A stretch of DNA of 64,000 nucleotides from NCBI GenBank assembly GCA_963760735.1, contig CAVXEB010000007.1, positions 543,930-607,929 of the forward strand, in the 5' to 3' direction. Source of the stretch: an uncultured Chloroflexia bacterium (GTDB lineage Bacteria; Chloroflexota; Limnocylindria; Limnocylindrales; CSP1-4). Each line of letters begins with the position of its first letter. The first letter of the stretch is position 1. The translations under genes were made by a program, and so were the position numbers. The notes beneath the pieces are model-generated. The model saw only the letters and a list, made by a program, of their open reading frames with translations. It was not told where the DNA came from and did no database searches. Positions 9,589 through 21,641 of this stretch are shown piece by piece.

Positions 9589-10347
9589 ATGGGCGATCGA
9601 TTGGCCGGCAAGGTGACGATCGTGACCGGGGCCGGGTCGGGCATCGGCCAGGCGACCGCGATCCGGTTCGCCGAGGAGGGCGCCCGGGTCACCTGCGTCG
9701 ACATCGCGCAGGACGCCGTCATGGCGACGGCGTCCGGGATCGGTGACGCCGCCCACGCCGTGGTCGCCGACGTCTCGGATCCGGCGCAGGTTCGCGCCTA
9801 CACGGACGCCACCGTCGAGCGCTGGGGCGGGCTCCACGCGGTCTTCAACAACGCCGGGGTCAACATCCCCGGCGTGTTCCATGAGGTCCCCGACGAGGTG
9901 ATCGACCGGACGCTGGACGTCAACGTCAAGGGCTGCATCTACGGCTGCCGTTACGCGATCCCTCACATGCTCCGCGGCGGTGGCGGGTCGCTGATCAACA
10001 CGAGCTCCGTCAACGGGCTCGTCGCCGAGCCGTTCCTGGCCGTCTACGCGACGTCGAAGGGCGCGATCGTGATGCTGAGCAAGGGCATCGCCCTCGACTA
10101 CGCGAAGCAGGGCATCCGGTGCAACGCGATCGCCCCCGGCTGGGTCGACACGCCGATCAACTACGCCCATGCGGAGATGCTCGGCGGCCTCAGCGAGGTC
10201 TATGCGACGATCGACTCGTTCCAGCCGATCGGCCGGCCGGGCGAGCCGCGAGAGATCGCCAATGTCGCGCTCTTCCTCGCCTCGGACGAGTCGTCGTTCG
10301 TCACCGGCAGCGTCGTCGTCGCCGACGGCGGGATGACCGCGAAATGA
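9589..10347 (+). CDS. SDR oxidoreductase
   Basis: TGAGSGIG, NNAG, YATSK. Confidence 0.92.
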   Translation: MGDRLAGKVTIVTGAGSGIGQATAIRFAEEGARVTCVDIAQDAVMATASGIGDAAHAVVADVSDPAQVRAYTDATVERWGGLHAVFNNAGVNIPGVFHEVPDEVIDRTLDVNVKGCIYGCRYAIPHMLRGGGGSLINTSSVNGLVAEPFLAVYATSKGAIVMLSKGIALDYAKQGIRCNAIAPGWVDTPINYAHAEMLGGLSEVYATIDSFQPIGRPGEPREIANVALFLASDESSFVTGSVVVADGGMTAK

Positions 10348-10387
10348 CGTCCCCGGCAGGCCGCCGGACTGGCGGAGGAGGCTTCCG

Positions 10388-11806
10388 ATGACCACCGCGG
10401 CCCACGACGACCATGGCTCGCACCAGGGCGGTCCGGAGCACCCCCGTCTGCAGGAGCTCCAGGCGATGGTCCGCGACGGCAGGATCGACACGCTGATCGT
10501 CGCCCTCACCGACATGCAGGGCCGGCTCATGGGCAAGCGCGTCCAGGCCCAGGCGTTCCTGCAGGGCGTCATCGACCACGGCGCGCACTTCTGCACGTAC
10601 CTCCTCGGCACGGACATGGAGATGAACACGCCCGAGGGGTTCGCCCTGATGAACTGGGAGACGGGCTACGGCGACTGGATCGCCGAGCCGGTCTGGGACA
10701 CGCTGCGGGTCCTCCCGTGGCTGGAGAAGACGGCCCTCGTCCTGTCGGACACCTACACCGACGAGGACCACGGCGACATCCCGGTCTCGCCACGGACGAT
10801 CCTCAAGCGGCAGGTCGCGCGCGCGGCCGACGCCGGCATCGCCATCAAGGCCGGCTCGGAGTTCGAGTACTACGTCCTCAAGGAGTCATGGGAGGAGTCC
10901 GCCCGAGCCGGCTGGGGCATCCCGCAGCGGTTCGGCTACTACAACGAGGACTACCACCTCCTCCAGGCCACGAAGGCGGAGCCACTCCATCGCCTCCTCC
11001 GCAACCAGATGACGGAGGCCCGGATCCCGATCGAGTTCAGCAAGGGCGAAGCGGCTCCCGGCCAGCACGAGGTCAACATCCGCTACGACCACGTCCTCGA
11101 ATCGGCCGATCGGAGCGTCCTGTTCAAGCATGGGGCGAAGGAGATCGCCTACCTGAACGGCTGGGGCATCACGTTCATGTCGAAGCCGGACCACACCTGG
11201 ACCGGCTCGTCGGGCCATCTCCACATGTCGATCTGGGACGCCGCGGGCGACCATCCCCTGACCCACGACGAGGACGCCGGGCTGCCGTACGGCATCAGCC
11301 GCCAGTTCAGCCAGTTCGTCGCCGGGATGATGGCCCACTCGCGGGAGCTCGCCATCTTCATCGCCCCGAACATCAACTCGTACAAGCGCTACGCGTCGCT
11401 GTCGTGGGCGCCGGTCAACATTGTCTGGGGCCGCGACAACCGCACGACCGGCTTCCGGCTCGTCGGCCACGGGCCGTCGCTCCACGTCGAGAACCGCTTC
11501 CCGGGCGGCGACATGAACGCGTACCTCACCTACGCGGCGATGATCGGGGCCGGGCTGCGCGGCATCGAGCAGGGCCTGACGCTCGCCGACGAGTTCAAGG
11601 GCAACGGCTACGTCGCGACGGGCGTGCCGCGGATGCCGCGGGCCCTGTACGAGGCGATCGCGGAGCTCGAGAAGAGCGAGGCGGCCGTCGACATCTTCGG
11701 CCAGGACGTCGTCGACCACTACCTGAACGCCGCACGCGTCGAGCAGGAGACCTACGACGCGATGGTCCACGACTGGGATCGCGAGCGGTATCTCGAGCGC
11801 GCCTAG
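10388..11806 (+). CDS. Glutamine synthetase-like gamma-glutamyl ligase (GlnA4/PuuA type)
   Basis: DMQGRLMGKR, EFEY, KGEAAPGQHE, GSSGHLHMS, WGRDNRT, ENRFPGGD, C-terminal WDRERYLE. Confidence 0.88.
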   Translation: MTTAAHDDHGSHQGGPEHPRLQELQAMVRDGRIDTLIVALTDMQGRLMGKRVQAQAFLQGVIDHGAHFCTYLLGTDMEMNTPEGFALMNWETGYGDWIAEPVWDTLRVLPWLEKTALVLSDTYTDEDHGDIPVSPRTILKRQVARAADAGIAIKAGSEFEYYVLKESWEESARAGWGIPQRFGYYNEDYHLLQATKAEPLHRLLRNQMTEARIPIEFSKGEAAPGQHEVNIRYDHVLESADRSVLFKHGAKEIAYLNGWGITFMSKPDHTWTGSSGHLHMSIWDAAGDHPLTHDEDAGLPYGISRQFSQFVAGMMAHSRELAIFIAPNINSYKRYASLSWAPVNIVWGRDNRTTGFRLVGHGPSLHVENRFPGGDMNAYLTYAAMIGAGLRGIEQGLTLADEFKGNGYVATGVPRMPRALYEAIAELEKSEAAVDIFGQDVVDHYLNAARVEQETYDAMVHDWDRERYLERA

Positions 11807-11928
11807 CGGCAACCCGCCCAGACGGCAACGCCATAGGAGTCGTTCGGCAGACAGCGCCGGCCCGCGGCCGGACGGTATGCTCGCGGCCACGAGCGCCGGC
11901 CGGGCTCCGGCGCCTCTGAAGGAGCAGC

Positions 11929-14900
11929 GTGGCGTCCAAGGCTCAGGGATCGGGGACCCGCGCATCCGCGACGACGGACCTCGATGCCCTCCGGGCGCGC
12001 GTCGCCGAGCTCGAGGCGCGGGAGGCCGAGCACTCTCGATCCGAGCGTGTCCAGGCCGCGCTCTACCGGATCGCCGAGGCGGCCAGCGCCGCGACCGACC
12101 TCCCCGAGTTCTACCGGACGGTCCACGAGATCGTCGGCGAGCTGATGTACGCCCGGAACTTCTACATCGCCCTCCACGACGCCGACCGTGGGCGGATGAA
12201 CTACCCGTACTACATCGACGAATTCGACAAGGACGTCCCCGACCCGAACGCCTGGGAGCCGTTCGGCGAAGGTCAGGCGCGCGGGATCACGGCATACGCA
12301 CTGCGCCTCGGCCGTCCGTTGCGGATCGACGGGGCGGCGTACCGAGACCTCATCGAGCGCCAGGAGATCGAGCTCCTTGGTGTCGTGACGGACGAGGCGG
12401 TCTGGATGGGTGTCCCACTCCCGGCCGAGGGACACAGCCAGGGCGTGCTCGTGATCCAGAGCTACTCCACGGACCATCGCTACTCGGACAGTGACCTGGA
12501 CCTGCTCACATTCGTCGGTCAGCACGTCGGATCCGCGCTGAGCCGGGTCCGCGCCATCGAGGAGACCCGCCAGCGAAACGCCGAGCTCGCTGTCATCAAC
12601 GAGATTGGTGCGGCCCTCGCCCGGCAGCTCGACTTCGACTCGATCTGCGAGGTTGTCGGGGAGCGGGTCCGATCGATCTTCGGTTCTCGCGATATGTATG
12701 TCGCGATCCACGACAGCGCGACCAACATCATCCGATTCGCGTACGAGGTCGTGGCCGGGGACCGGATCCACAGCGAGTCCATCCACCTCGGCGAGGGACT
12801 GACCTCGGAAGTCATTTCCTCGAAGCGCCCGCTCCTCCTCCGCACCTACGAGGAGAGCGTCGAGCATGGAATGATCGCCGTTGGCACACGTGCGGAGTCA
12901 TGGCTCGGCGTGCCGATCATGGCCGGCGACCGGGTCCTCGGGGTGATCGCGCTGGAAGACCTCCGCCCACACGTGTTCGGGGACGCCGACGAGCGACTGC
13001 TGAGCACGCTCGCTGCCGGCATGGGCGTCGCGCTCGAGAACGCGCGCCTGTTCGACGAGACGAAGCACCTCCTGGCCGAGTCGACCGAGCGCGCGGCCGA
13101 GCTCGCGGTCATCAACGAGATCAGTGCCGCGCTCGCCCAGCAGCTCGACTTCAACGCAATCACCGAGCTTGTCGGCGAACGCGTTCGCGAGCTCTTCGAT
13201 GCCCGTTCGATCTTCATCGCCCTGCATGATCCCGTCACGAACACGATCTCGTGGCCGTACGACATCGACGAGGGCGAGCGGTTCGAACGCGGCGTCTATC
13301 CGTTCGGGCCAGGGATGACCTCGCGCGTGATCCAGACCGGCAAGCCGCTCCGCGTCGGCACGTCCGCCGAGCAAACGGCGGCCGGTGCCGTGCAAGCTGG
13401 CGGGACGGACACCAAGTCCTGGCTCGGCGTGCCGATCACCGGTGCGGACCGGGTCATCGGCGTCCTCGGACTCGAGAGCGTCCAGGAACACGCATACACG
13501 GATGGTGACGAGCGGCTGCTCAGCACGCTGGCCGCCAGCATGGGCGTCGCGCTCGAGAACGCCCGCCTGTTCGACGAGACGAAGCGGCTCCTGACCGAGA
13601 CGGATGCGCGAGCCGCCGAGCTGGCAGTCGTCAACGAGGTCCAGGGCGGGCTGGCCCAACAGCTAGACTTCGACGCCATCGTCCAACTCGTCGGCGACCG
13701 GATCCGCCGGATCTTCAAGGCTCGGACCATCTATATCGGCGTTCTCGACGCCGCCACCGGGATGTTGTCGTTCCCGTTCGATTTGACAGACGGTGAACCG
13801 GTCCACACGGAGCCGTACGTCGTCGGGCCAGGGCCCGTCTCGATCGTCGTACAGACCTCGAAGCCGCTCCTGCTGCGGAGCTCGGAGGAGGCGCGGCGGG
13901 TCGGTCATGTCGACTACGGCACCCCAACGGAGTCATGGCTCGGCGTCCCGATCGTCACCGGCGACCGTGTCTTCGGCGCGCTCGTCGTCGAGTCCCCGGA
14001 ACGCGATGCCTATGACGACGGTGACCAACGACTGCTCTCGACCCTGGCATCGAGCATGGGCGTGGCGCTTGACAACGCCCGGCTGTTCGACGAGACGAAG
14101 CGCCTTCTGACCGAGACCGACGAGCGCGCCAGCGAGCTGTCGGTCATCAACGAGATCGGCTCCGCGCTCGCCGAGCAGCTCGAGTTCGACTCGATCATCG
14201 AGCTCGTCGGCAAGCGGATCGCCGACATCTTCCACGTCGACGCGCTCCAGGTGCTCCAGTACCACGAGGCCGCCGGCCGGATCGAGCGCCGCTACGGGAT
14301 CGAGGCCGGCGTCCGGAGCGAAACGATGGCCTTCCCGTTCGGCGAAGGGCTGACGTCGCGGGTGATCCGGTCCCGGACGCCGCTGAACATCGGGTCGGAC
14401 GACGACCTGAACGCGGCCGGGGCGATCCGGACGGGCCTCCGCAACGAGTCGTGGCTCGGTGTCCCGATCCCGGCGGGCGACCGGATCTTCGGCGTGATCG
14501 CCCTCGAGAGCATGAAGAAGCAGGCGTTCGACGAGCCCGACGTCCGCCTGCTGAGCACCCTCGCATCGAGCATGGGCGTCGCCCTCGAGAACGCCCGGCT
14601 GTTCGACGAGACGAAGCGCCTCCTGACCGAGACGAACGAGCGGGCTGCCGAGCTCGCACTGATCAACGACGTCCAGCGCGGCCTCGCCGAGAAGCTCGAC
14701 ATCCAGGCGATGTACGAGCTCGTCGGCGACAAGATCCAGGAGATCTTCGACGCCCAGGTCGTCGACATCGGGATCTACGACAGCGACGAGGACATGATTC
14801 GCTTCCCGTACGCGATCGAGCGCGGCGTGCGCTTCCCGGACGACGCGATCCCGATCCGCGGCTTCAGCCAGTACGTCCGCGACCGACGAGAGCCGGTCCA

Positions 14901-17900
14901 TGTCTCCGGCGACCTGTCGGGGTGGCTGGTGGAACGCGGGTACGAGCCGGCGGTCACCCAGGGAGAGGACGCCAAGACGGTGCTCTTCGCGCCGATGATC
15001 GTCGGCGACGAGGTCCGTGGCCGGATCTCGCTCCAGAACCTGGACCGCGAGGACGCCTTCAGCGAGTCGGACGTCCGGCTGCTGACGACGCTCGCCGCCA
15101 GCCTGAGCGTCGCCCTCGAGAACGCCCGCCTGTTCGACGAGACCCGTCGCCTCCTGACCGAGACGAACGAGCGGGCCGCCGAGCTGGCCCTGATCAACGA
15201 CGTCCAGAGCGGGCTCGCGAAGAAGCTCGATCGCCAGGCGATGTACGACCTCGTCGGCGACCGGATCCAGGCGATCTTCGACGCTCAGGTCGTCGACATC
15301 GGCGTGGTGGACAGCGGAGTCGAACGTAGTCCACTTCCCGTACACGATCGAGCGCGGGCGTGCGATTCCCGGAGGAGCCGATGCCGATCCGTCGGCTTCC
15401 GGAAGGCCGTGATCGAGTCGCGCAGACCGCTCCGCGTCAACCGCGACACTCAGGCGCGGTCGCCGAGAGCGTGCGCGTCGAGCAGGGCCCGATCCTCCAG
15501 GCGAGCTAGCCGACTGTCCGGGCTGTGGGTCCCGTCGACGGTGGGCGACGAGGTCCGAGGCGTCATCTCGCTCCAGAACCTCGACCGGGAGGACGCCTTC
15601 AGCGACTCGGATGTCGAGCTGCTGACGACGCTCGCGTCGAGCCTGAGCGTCGCCCTCGAGAACGTCCGCCTGATCGACGAGACGCGCCAGCGCCTGGCGG
15701 AGCTGGCGACGTGAACGAGGTCGGCAACGCGCTCGCGACCCAGCTCGACCTCGACAACCTGATCCAGCTCGTCGGCGACCAGATGCGCCGGACCTTCGAG
15801 GCGGACATCGTCTACGTGGCGCTCCACGAGGCCGACCGGGGCTGATCCGTTCCCGTACTACAACGAGTTCGGCAGCGCGGACCGGCCAGGAGGCGATCGC
15901 CGTACGGCGAGGGCCTCACGTCGGAGATCATCCGGGATCGGCACGGTCAGCTCCTCCTCAACCGCGAAGCGGACTGGGAGGCCCTGGGGACCCGCGGCGT
16001 CGGCACGCAGTCGAAGTCATACCTCGGTGTGCCGATCATCGCGGCGACCGGGCGATCGGGGCGATCAGCGTCCAGAGCACGAACCGGGAAGGCCGATTCA
16101 GCGAGTCGGACGCCCGGCTCCTTCGACGATCGCGGCGAACGTCGGCGATCGCGCTCCAGAACGCGCGGCTCTTCCGGAGGCGCACCGCCGCGGCGACGAG
16201 ATGGCGGTGCTCGCGGAGGTCGGCCAGGAGATCTCGGCGACGCTCGAACGCCGCGACGGTCATCGACCGCATCGGGGAGCGGGTCCATAGTCTGCTGGCG
16301 GCCGACACGACTGCGCTCTTCGGCGCCGACCCGGACGGGCGGACGTTCCGCGCGATCCTCGCCATCGGCGAGCTCGCCGACGCGATCCGCGCCGACGCGA
16401 TCACGGAAGGCGAAGGGATCATCGGCGACGCGATCCGGACGGGGACGCCGCAGTTCGTCAACGACGCTCGGCACGGACCCCGGACGGTCGATATCCCGGA
16501 CACCGACGAGCACGACCCCCGAGCTCGAGCGCCTGATGATCGCGCCGCTCGATCGCGCGCGACCGGGTCACCGGCGCCGCGGCGATCTGGCGCACGGCGG
16601 GCGAACCGTTCAGCCAGGCGGACCTCGACTTCCTCGTCGGGCTCGCCCGCCAGGCGTCGATCGCCCTCGAGAACGCCCGCTTGTTCGGCGCTGCGCAGGA
16701 CGCGCAGGCCGCGGCCGAGGCGGCGAACCAGGCGAAGAGCGCGTTCCTCGCGTGCGATGAGCCACGAGATCCGGACGCCGATGAACGCGGTGATCGGGAT
16801 GAGCGGCCTGCTCCTCGAGACGGAGCTCGACCCGGAGCAGCGTGACTTCGCCGACACCATCCGGACGTCGGGCGACGCCCTTCTGACGATCATCAACGAC
16901 ATCCTCGACTTCTCGAAGATCGAGGCGGGCAAGGTCGACCTCGCGGCGGAGCCGTTCTCCCTCCGGACGTCGGTCGAGAGCGCCCTCGACGTGGTCGCGC
17001 CGACGCCGCGAGGAAGGGCGTCGAGCTCGCTTATGCGATGGGCGCCGACCTGCCGGAGGCCATCGTCGGCGACGCCGGACGACTCCGCCAGATCGTCCTC
17101 AACCTGCTCTCGAACGCGATCAAGTTCACCGAGCATGGCGAGGTCGTCCTGTCCGTCGAGGCCAAGCCAGGGCGACCGGACGCCCGCGAGCAGTGGACGA
17201 TCGACATCGACGTGCGGGACACGGGCATCGGGATCGCGGCGGACCGGATGGACATGCTGTTCCAGTCGTTCAGCCAGGTCGACGCATCGATCCGCCGGCG
17301 GTACGGCGGGACGGGCCTCGGCCTCGCGATCAGCCGGCGCCTCGCGGAGTCGATGGGCGGCACGCTGTCGGCGACAAGCAGCGGCGTCGCCGGCGAGGGC
17401 AGCACGTTCCACCTCGGTCCTGCCCGCCCAGGCGACGACGCTGCCCGACGCGCCGCCGGCGGCACCGGAGCGGAGCATCCGCGGCTGCCGGATCCTCGTC
17501 GTCGACGACAACGCAACGAACCGCCGGATCATCACGAGCTTCCTCGGCGCTGGGGCGTCGACGGCGAGGCGACCGCCTCGCCGAAGGAGGCGCTGACGTG
17601 GGTTCGCGCCGGTCGGGAGTTCGACGCGGCCGTCCTCGACTTCCTGATGCCCGAGCTGGACGGCGTCGAGCTCGCCGAGGCGCTGCTGAAGCTGCGGCCG
17701 GACCAGCCGATGCCGGTCGTCATCCTGTCGTCGATCGGCCAGCACGCCCGGCACGGCCGCGAACATCACCTCGACGCTCATCAAGCCGGTCAAGCCGTCC
17801 GCCCTGCATGACGCGCTCGCGGACGCGCTTGCGGGACTCGGCCGCCGACGATGTCCGTCGACGCCGCGCCCGGAGCCGCAGCCGCGACGCCGAGACGCCG

Positions 17901-18328
17901 CCAGGTCACGCCGGCCGCGAGCGCGACCGACGTGTCGCGCGACGGCGCTGCGCATCCTCCTCGCCGAGGACAACGCGGTGAACCAGAAGCTGGCGCTGCG
18001 GTTGCTCGAGCGGATGGGCTTCCGGGCCGAGGTCGTGGACGACGGTCGGGCGGCCGTCGAGGCGATCGGCGATGGCGAGTACGACGTCGTCCTGATGGAC
18101 GTCCAGATGCCGGAGATGGACGGCCTCGAGGCGACCCGTCAGGTGCGGTCGCGCTGGCCGGATCGACCGATCCGGATCATCGGCCTGACCGCCAACGCGA
18201 TGGCCGGCGACCGCGAGGCCTGCCTCGCCGCCGGGATGGATGACTACGTCAGCAAGCCGATCCGCCCCGAGGAGCTCGAGGCGGCGATCGCAAAGGCCCG
18301 ACCAACCCTGACCGGAGGACCTGCATGA
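11929..18328 (+). CDS. Giant cytoplasmic hybrid histidine kinase: 9 GAF + HisKA + HATPase + 2 REC (multiple frameshifts after about 15320)
   Basis: Repeated SWLGVP...[11 protein letters not shown] units; [11 protein letters not shown]-box; [23 protein letters not shown]; LVVDDN and LLAEDN...[10 protein letters not shown] receivers. Confidence 0.88.
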
Positions 18329-19947
18329 CCCCACCCGGCGACGGAACGACCCAGCCGGGGCGGATCCTGGTCGTCGACGACACCGCGTTCAACCGGCAGC
18401 TGCTGGCGCGGTTGCTGCGCGGGATCGGCCACGAGCCGGTCGAGGCCGAGGATGGCCGCAAGGCCCTCGATCGGCTGCGCGACCCGGACCAGCCGCCGAT
18501 CGACGTGATCCTCCTCGACATCCTGATGCCGGAGATGGACGGCTACCAGGTCCTCGAGGCGCTGGCGGCGGACCCGGCCCTGCGGCATCTGCCGGTGATC
18601 GTCATCTCCGGGGTCGACGAGCTCGACAGCGTCGTCCGCTGCCTCGCGATGGGCGCCGCCGACTACCTCCCGAAGACCGTCGACCCGGCGATCCTCCAGG
18701 CCCGGATCGCGTCGTCGCTCGCCCGGAAGCGGCTCCACGACGCAGAGCGTGAGGCCGTCGACCGCCAGGCCGCGACGAACGAAGTCCTCGCAATCATGAG
18801 CCGTTCGGCGTTCGATCCCCAGGTCGTCCTGGAAGCGGTCGTCCGGGCCGCGGTCCGGCTGTGTCGGGCCGACTACGGCGTGGCCTACGTCCTCGACGGT
18901 AGCTCGTACCGGGTCGCCGCCTCGGCCGGCGGCACGCCGGAGCTGGACGACTGGGAGCGCGACCACCCGATCCGACCGGGGCGGGAGACGGTCGTCGGGC
19001 GAGTCGCCCTGATCGGCGAGGCGATCCGGGTCGACGACGTCCTCGCCGACCGCGAGTACCAGGCGAGCCCGGGCCAGGCGGTGGGCGGCTATCGCACCCT
19101 GGTCGGCGTCCCGATGGCACAGGACGGAGCGGTCAGCGGCGTGCTCGCCCTGACCCGCAACGAGGTCCGCCCGTTCACCGATGCCGAGACCGCGCTCGCG
19201 GTCGGCTTTGCCGAACAGGCGGCGATCGGGATCGCCAACGCCCGGCTGCTCGAGACGATCGAGCGGCAGCGCGGCCAGCTCGCGAGGTTCCTGTCGCCCC
19301 AGGTCGCCGAGCTCGTCTCGAGCGCCGAGGGAGAGGCGATGCTCGCCGGCCATCGCCGGGAGATCACCGCGATGTTCTGCGACCTGCGCAACTTCACGAC
19401 GTTCTCCGAGGCGGCCGAGCCGGAGGAGGTCCTCGGGTTCCTGCGCCGCTACCACGCGACGGTCGGCGCACTCGTGGTGGAGCACGAGGGCACGCTCGAG
19501 CACTTCGCCGGGGACGGGATCATGGTCTTCTTCAACGACCCGGCCCTCCAGGACGACCACGCCGCGCGAGCCGTGCGAATGGCGATCGCGATCCGTGAGC
19601 GGTTCGTCGAGATCAGCGAGGAATGGCGCCGTCGCGGCCACGTCCTGCAGGTCGGGATGGGGATCGCGACGGGCTACGCGACGATGGGCCGGATCGGGTT
19701 CGAAGGCCGCTACGACTACGGCGGCATCGGCAACGCGATCATCCTCGCGTCGCGGCTCAGCAGCGAGGCTGTGGCCGGCGAGATCCTGATCTCCCAGCGG
19801 ACCTACGCGGCGATCGACGGCCAGATCGAGGCCGAGTCCGTGGGCGAGCGCCAGTTCAAAGGGTTCAGCCGGCCGATGGAGACGTACCGCGTCGGGGCCG
19901 CGGATCGCCGCGGGGCGGTGGCGGCTCCGGCCGCGGAGGCCTCATGA
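18325..19947 (+). CDS. Response regulator REC-GAF-class III nucleotide cyclase
   Basis: ILVVDD...[11 protein letters not shown]; GAF; [21 protein letters not shown]. Confidence 0.92.
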   Translation: MTPPGDGTTQPGRILVVDDTAFNRQLLARLLRGIGHEPVEAEDGRKALDRLRDPDQPPIDVILLDILMPEMDGYQVLEALAADPALRHLPVIVISGVDELDSVVRCLAMGAADYLPKTVDPAILQARIASSLARKRLHDAEREAVDRQAATNEVLAIMSRSAFDPQVVLEAVVRAAVRLCRADYGVAYVLDGSSYRVAASAGGTPELDDWERDHPIRPGRETVVGRVALIGEAIRVDDVLADREYQASPGQAVGGYRTLVGVPMAQDGAVSGVLALTRNEVRPFTDAETALAVGFAEQAAIGIANARLLETIERQRGQLARFLSPQVAELVSSAEGEAMLAGHRREITAMFCDLRNFTTFSEAAEPEEVLGFLRRYHATVGALVVEHEGTLEHFAGDGIMVFFNDPALQDDHAARAVRMAIAIRERFVEISEEWRRRGHVLQVGMGIATGYATMGRIGFEGRYDYGGIGNAIILASRLSSEAVAGEILISQRTYAAIDGQIEAESVGERQFKGFSRPMETYRVGAADRRGAVAAPAAEAS

Positions 19948-20312
19948 ACGCCGGTCTCCCGATCGATCCGGTCGCCTTCGCGAATCTCGTCGAGATGACA
20001 GGCGGCGACTACGGATTCATCGACGACCTCGTCGACACGTACCTCGAGGAGGGCGTCGGGCTCATCGACGGGCTCCGCGCCGCCGCGTCGTCGGGCGTGC
20101 CCGACGATCTCGTCCGGCCGGCGCACTCCCTGAAGTCGAGCAGCCAGAACATCGGGGCGACCGGGCTCGCCGACGCCTGTCGGAGCCTCGAGGAGGAGGC
20201 CCGCGGCGGCGCCGTGCCGGACGCGCCGGAACGCGTCGCGGACATCGCCACGGCATTCGACGCGGTCCGGATCGCGCTGCTCCAGGAGCGGGCCCAGCGC
20301 GCCGCCGGCTGA
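19944..20312 (+). CDS. Hpt phosphotransfer protein
   Basis: AHSLKSSSQNIGA; ATGA overlap with the cyclase. Confidence 0.9.
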   Translation: MNAGLPIDPVAFANLVEMTGGDYGFIDDLVDTYLEEGVGLIDGLRAAASSGVPDDLVRPAHSLKSSSQNIGATGLADACRSLEEEARGGAVPDAPERVADIATAFDAVRIALLQERAQRAAG

Positions 20313-20354
20313 GGGCGACGCGCCGGATCCTTTCGTCAGCCGCCGACGAACCGA

Positions 20355-21641
20355 TCAGGGAGCGTCCCGTCGCCAGGCAGGCAGGGAGCCGACCTGCCAG
20401 TCGACGTGCGACTCAACGCCAGTCGCCGGGTCGATCGAGACGAAGTCGTCCTTCGTGAGGTACAGGAGGATCGACTTGCCGTCGGGCGACCAGATCATGT
20501 CGAGCGACGTTCCATCGCCATTGAAGTGGTGCTTGCCGATCTCCCTCGCGGGTCCGCTGCCGTCCGCAGGGAACAGGACCAGCCAGACTGCCGACGGATC
20601 GAACGTGAACCGCTGCGCCATGATCGTCGTCCCGTCGGGTGAAAGCCTCGCCCACGCCTGATTCACGCCGTCCACCGGGGCCGGCAGCCGGACGTCGCCC
20701 GACCCATCGGGGTTGACGAGGTGCATCCGGAACTGGCCGTCGCCGGTCTTCGGGTTCCGCTCGACGGCGTTGTACGTGATCCGGTCGCCGTTCTGGTTCC
20801 AACCGGCGCCGGACAGGTCGTACTCCGGGCCAAAGATCTGCTCGCTGGGCAGACCGAGCGCGTGGAGCTCGGAGCCGTCGGTCCGAACCGTGAACAGGTC
20901 GACCGAACCATCCGGTTTCTGGGCGCGGATGAGGAACTCCCGATCGTCGGGCGGCCGCCACTGGAAGTCCATCAGGGTCAGGTCGCCGAGCGGAACCGTG
21001 GTCAGGCCGGTTCCGTCGACGTTGACGACCTGGAAGATCCGCCGACCGTCGACCATCGAGGCGACGGCAAGCCGTCGACTATCGGTTGACGACTGGATCC
21101 AGGGGTTGGGGTCGACGAGCAGCTGCGGGAGGACGCGAACCGGGTTCGAGCCGTCCGCGGCGGCCGACATCAGGTAGACCGATGTCCCCTCGTGGCGGAA
21201 GAACACCAGTCGCTCGTTGTCCGCACCGAGGTAGCCGGGGCCGTCGTCGTTGGTGTCGCCCGTCAGGAGCGGACGGATGGCGCTGGTCAGCGAGTCGCGG
21301 ATGAAGAGATCGCCACCCTGGGAGAAGACGAAGGGCCCGTTCGCAGCCGGTCCGAACGGCGGTGGGGCATGCCGTCGCGAACCGACGACGAACAGGGTCG
21401 CGGCGAGGATGACGGCGATCAGGGCGAGGACGCCGATCACGCGCCACGGGATCGGAACGTTCGGCAAGCGCCGAGCGGCGAGGTCCATGGGGATCCACCT
21501 TTCGGGGAACGTCCAGGCAGGCCGCTGCCGATGCGTCGCGGTCTGCTCGAACAGCTCATCTCGGTAGTCGGGGGTCCCGGCGAGGTACATCTCGGCGAGG
21601 AGCGCCGGGAGGTCCTGCTCGAGACGTCGCGGAGTGGTCAT
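20355..21641 (-). CDS. Membrane-anchored TolB-like beta-propeller protein (probable anti-sigma partner)
   Basis: One TM then repeated V..DGS/WSPDG motifs; overlaps the sigma factor stop. Confidence 0.75.
   Translation of the reverse strand: MTTPRRLEQDLPALLAEMYLAGTPDYRDELFEQTATHRQRPAWTFPERWIPMDLAARRLPNVPIPWRVIGVLALIAVILAATLFVVGSRRHAPPPFGPAANGPFVFSQGGDLFIRDSLTSAIRPLLTGDTNDDGPGYLGADNERLVFFRHEGTSVYLMSAAADGSNPVRVLPQLLVDPNPWIQSSTDSRRLAVASMVDGRRIFQVVNVDGTGLTTVPLGDLTLMDFQWRPPDDREFLIRAQKPDGSVDLFTVRTDGSELHALGLPSEQIFGPEYDLSGAGWNQNGDRITYNAVERNPKTGDGQFRMHLVNPDGSGDVRLPAPVDGVNQAWARLSPDGTTIMAQRFTFDPSAVWLVLFPADGSGPAREIGKHHFNGDGTSLDMIWSPDGKSILLYLTKDDFVSIDPATGVESHVDWQVGSLPAWRRDAP

Noticed and set aside
13021-15720. 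Periodic DNA repeats as a CRISPR array or mobile repeat
   Set aside because: Period of about 520 nt, in frame, encoding GAF linkers; no cas genes
15320-17960. Many frameshifts in the kinase as programmed frameshifting or pseudogenisation
   Set aside because: Indels are dense, affect unrelated genes in patches, lack slippery motifs and leave domains intact; most consistent with long-read error
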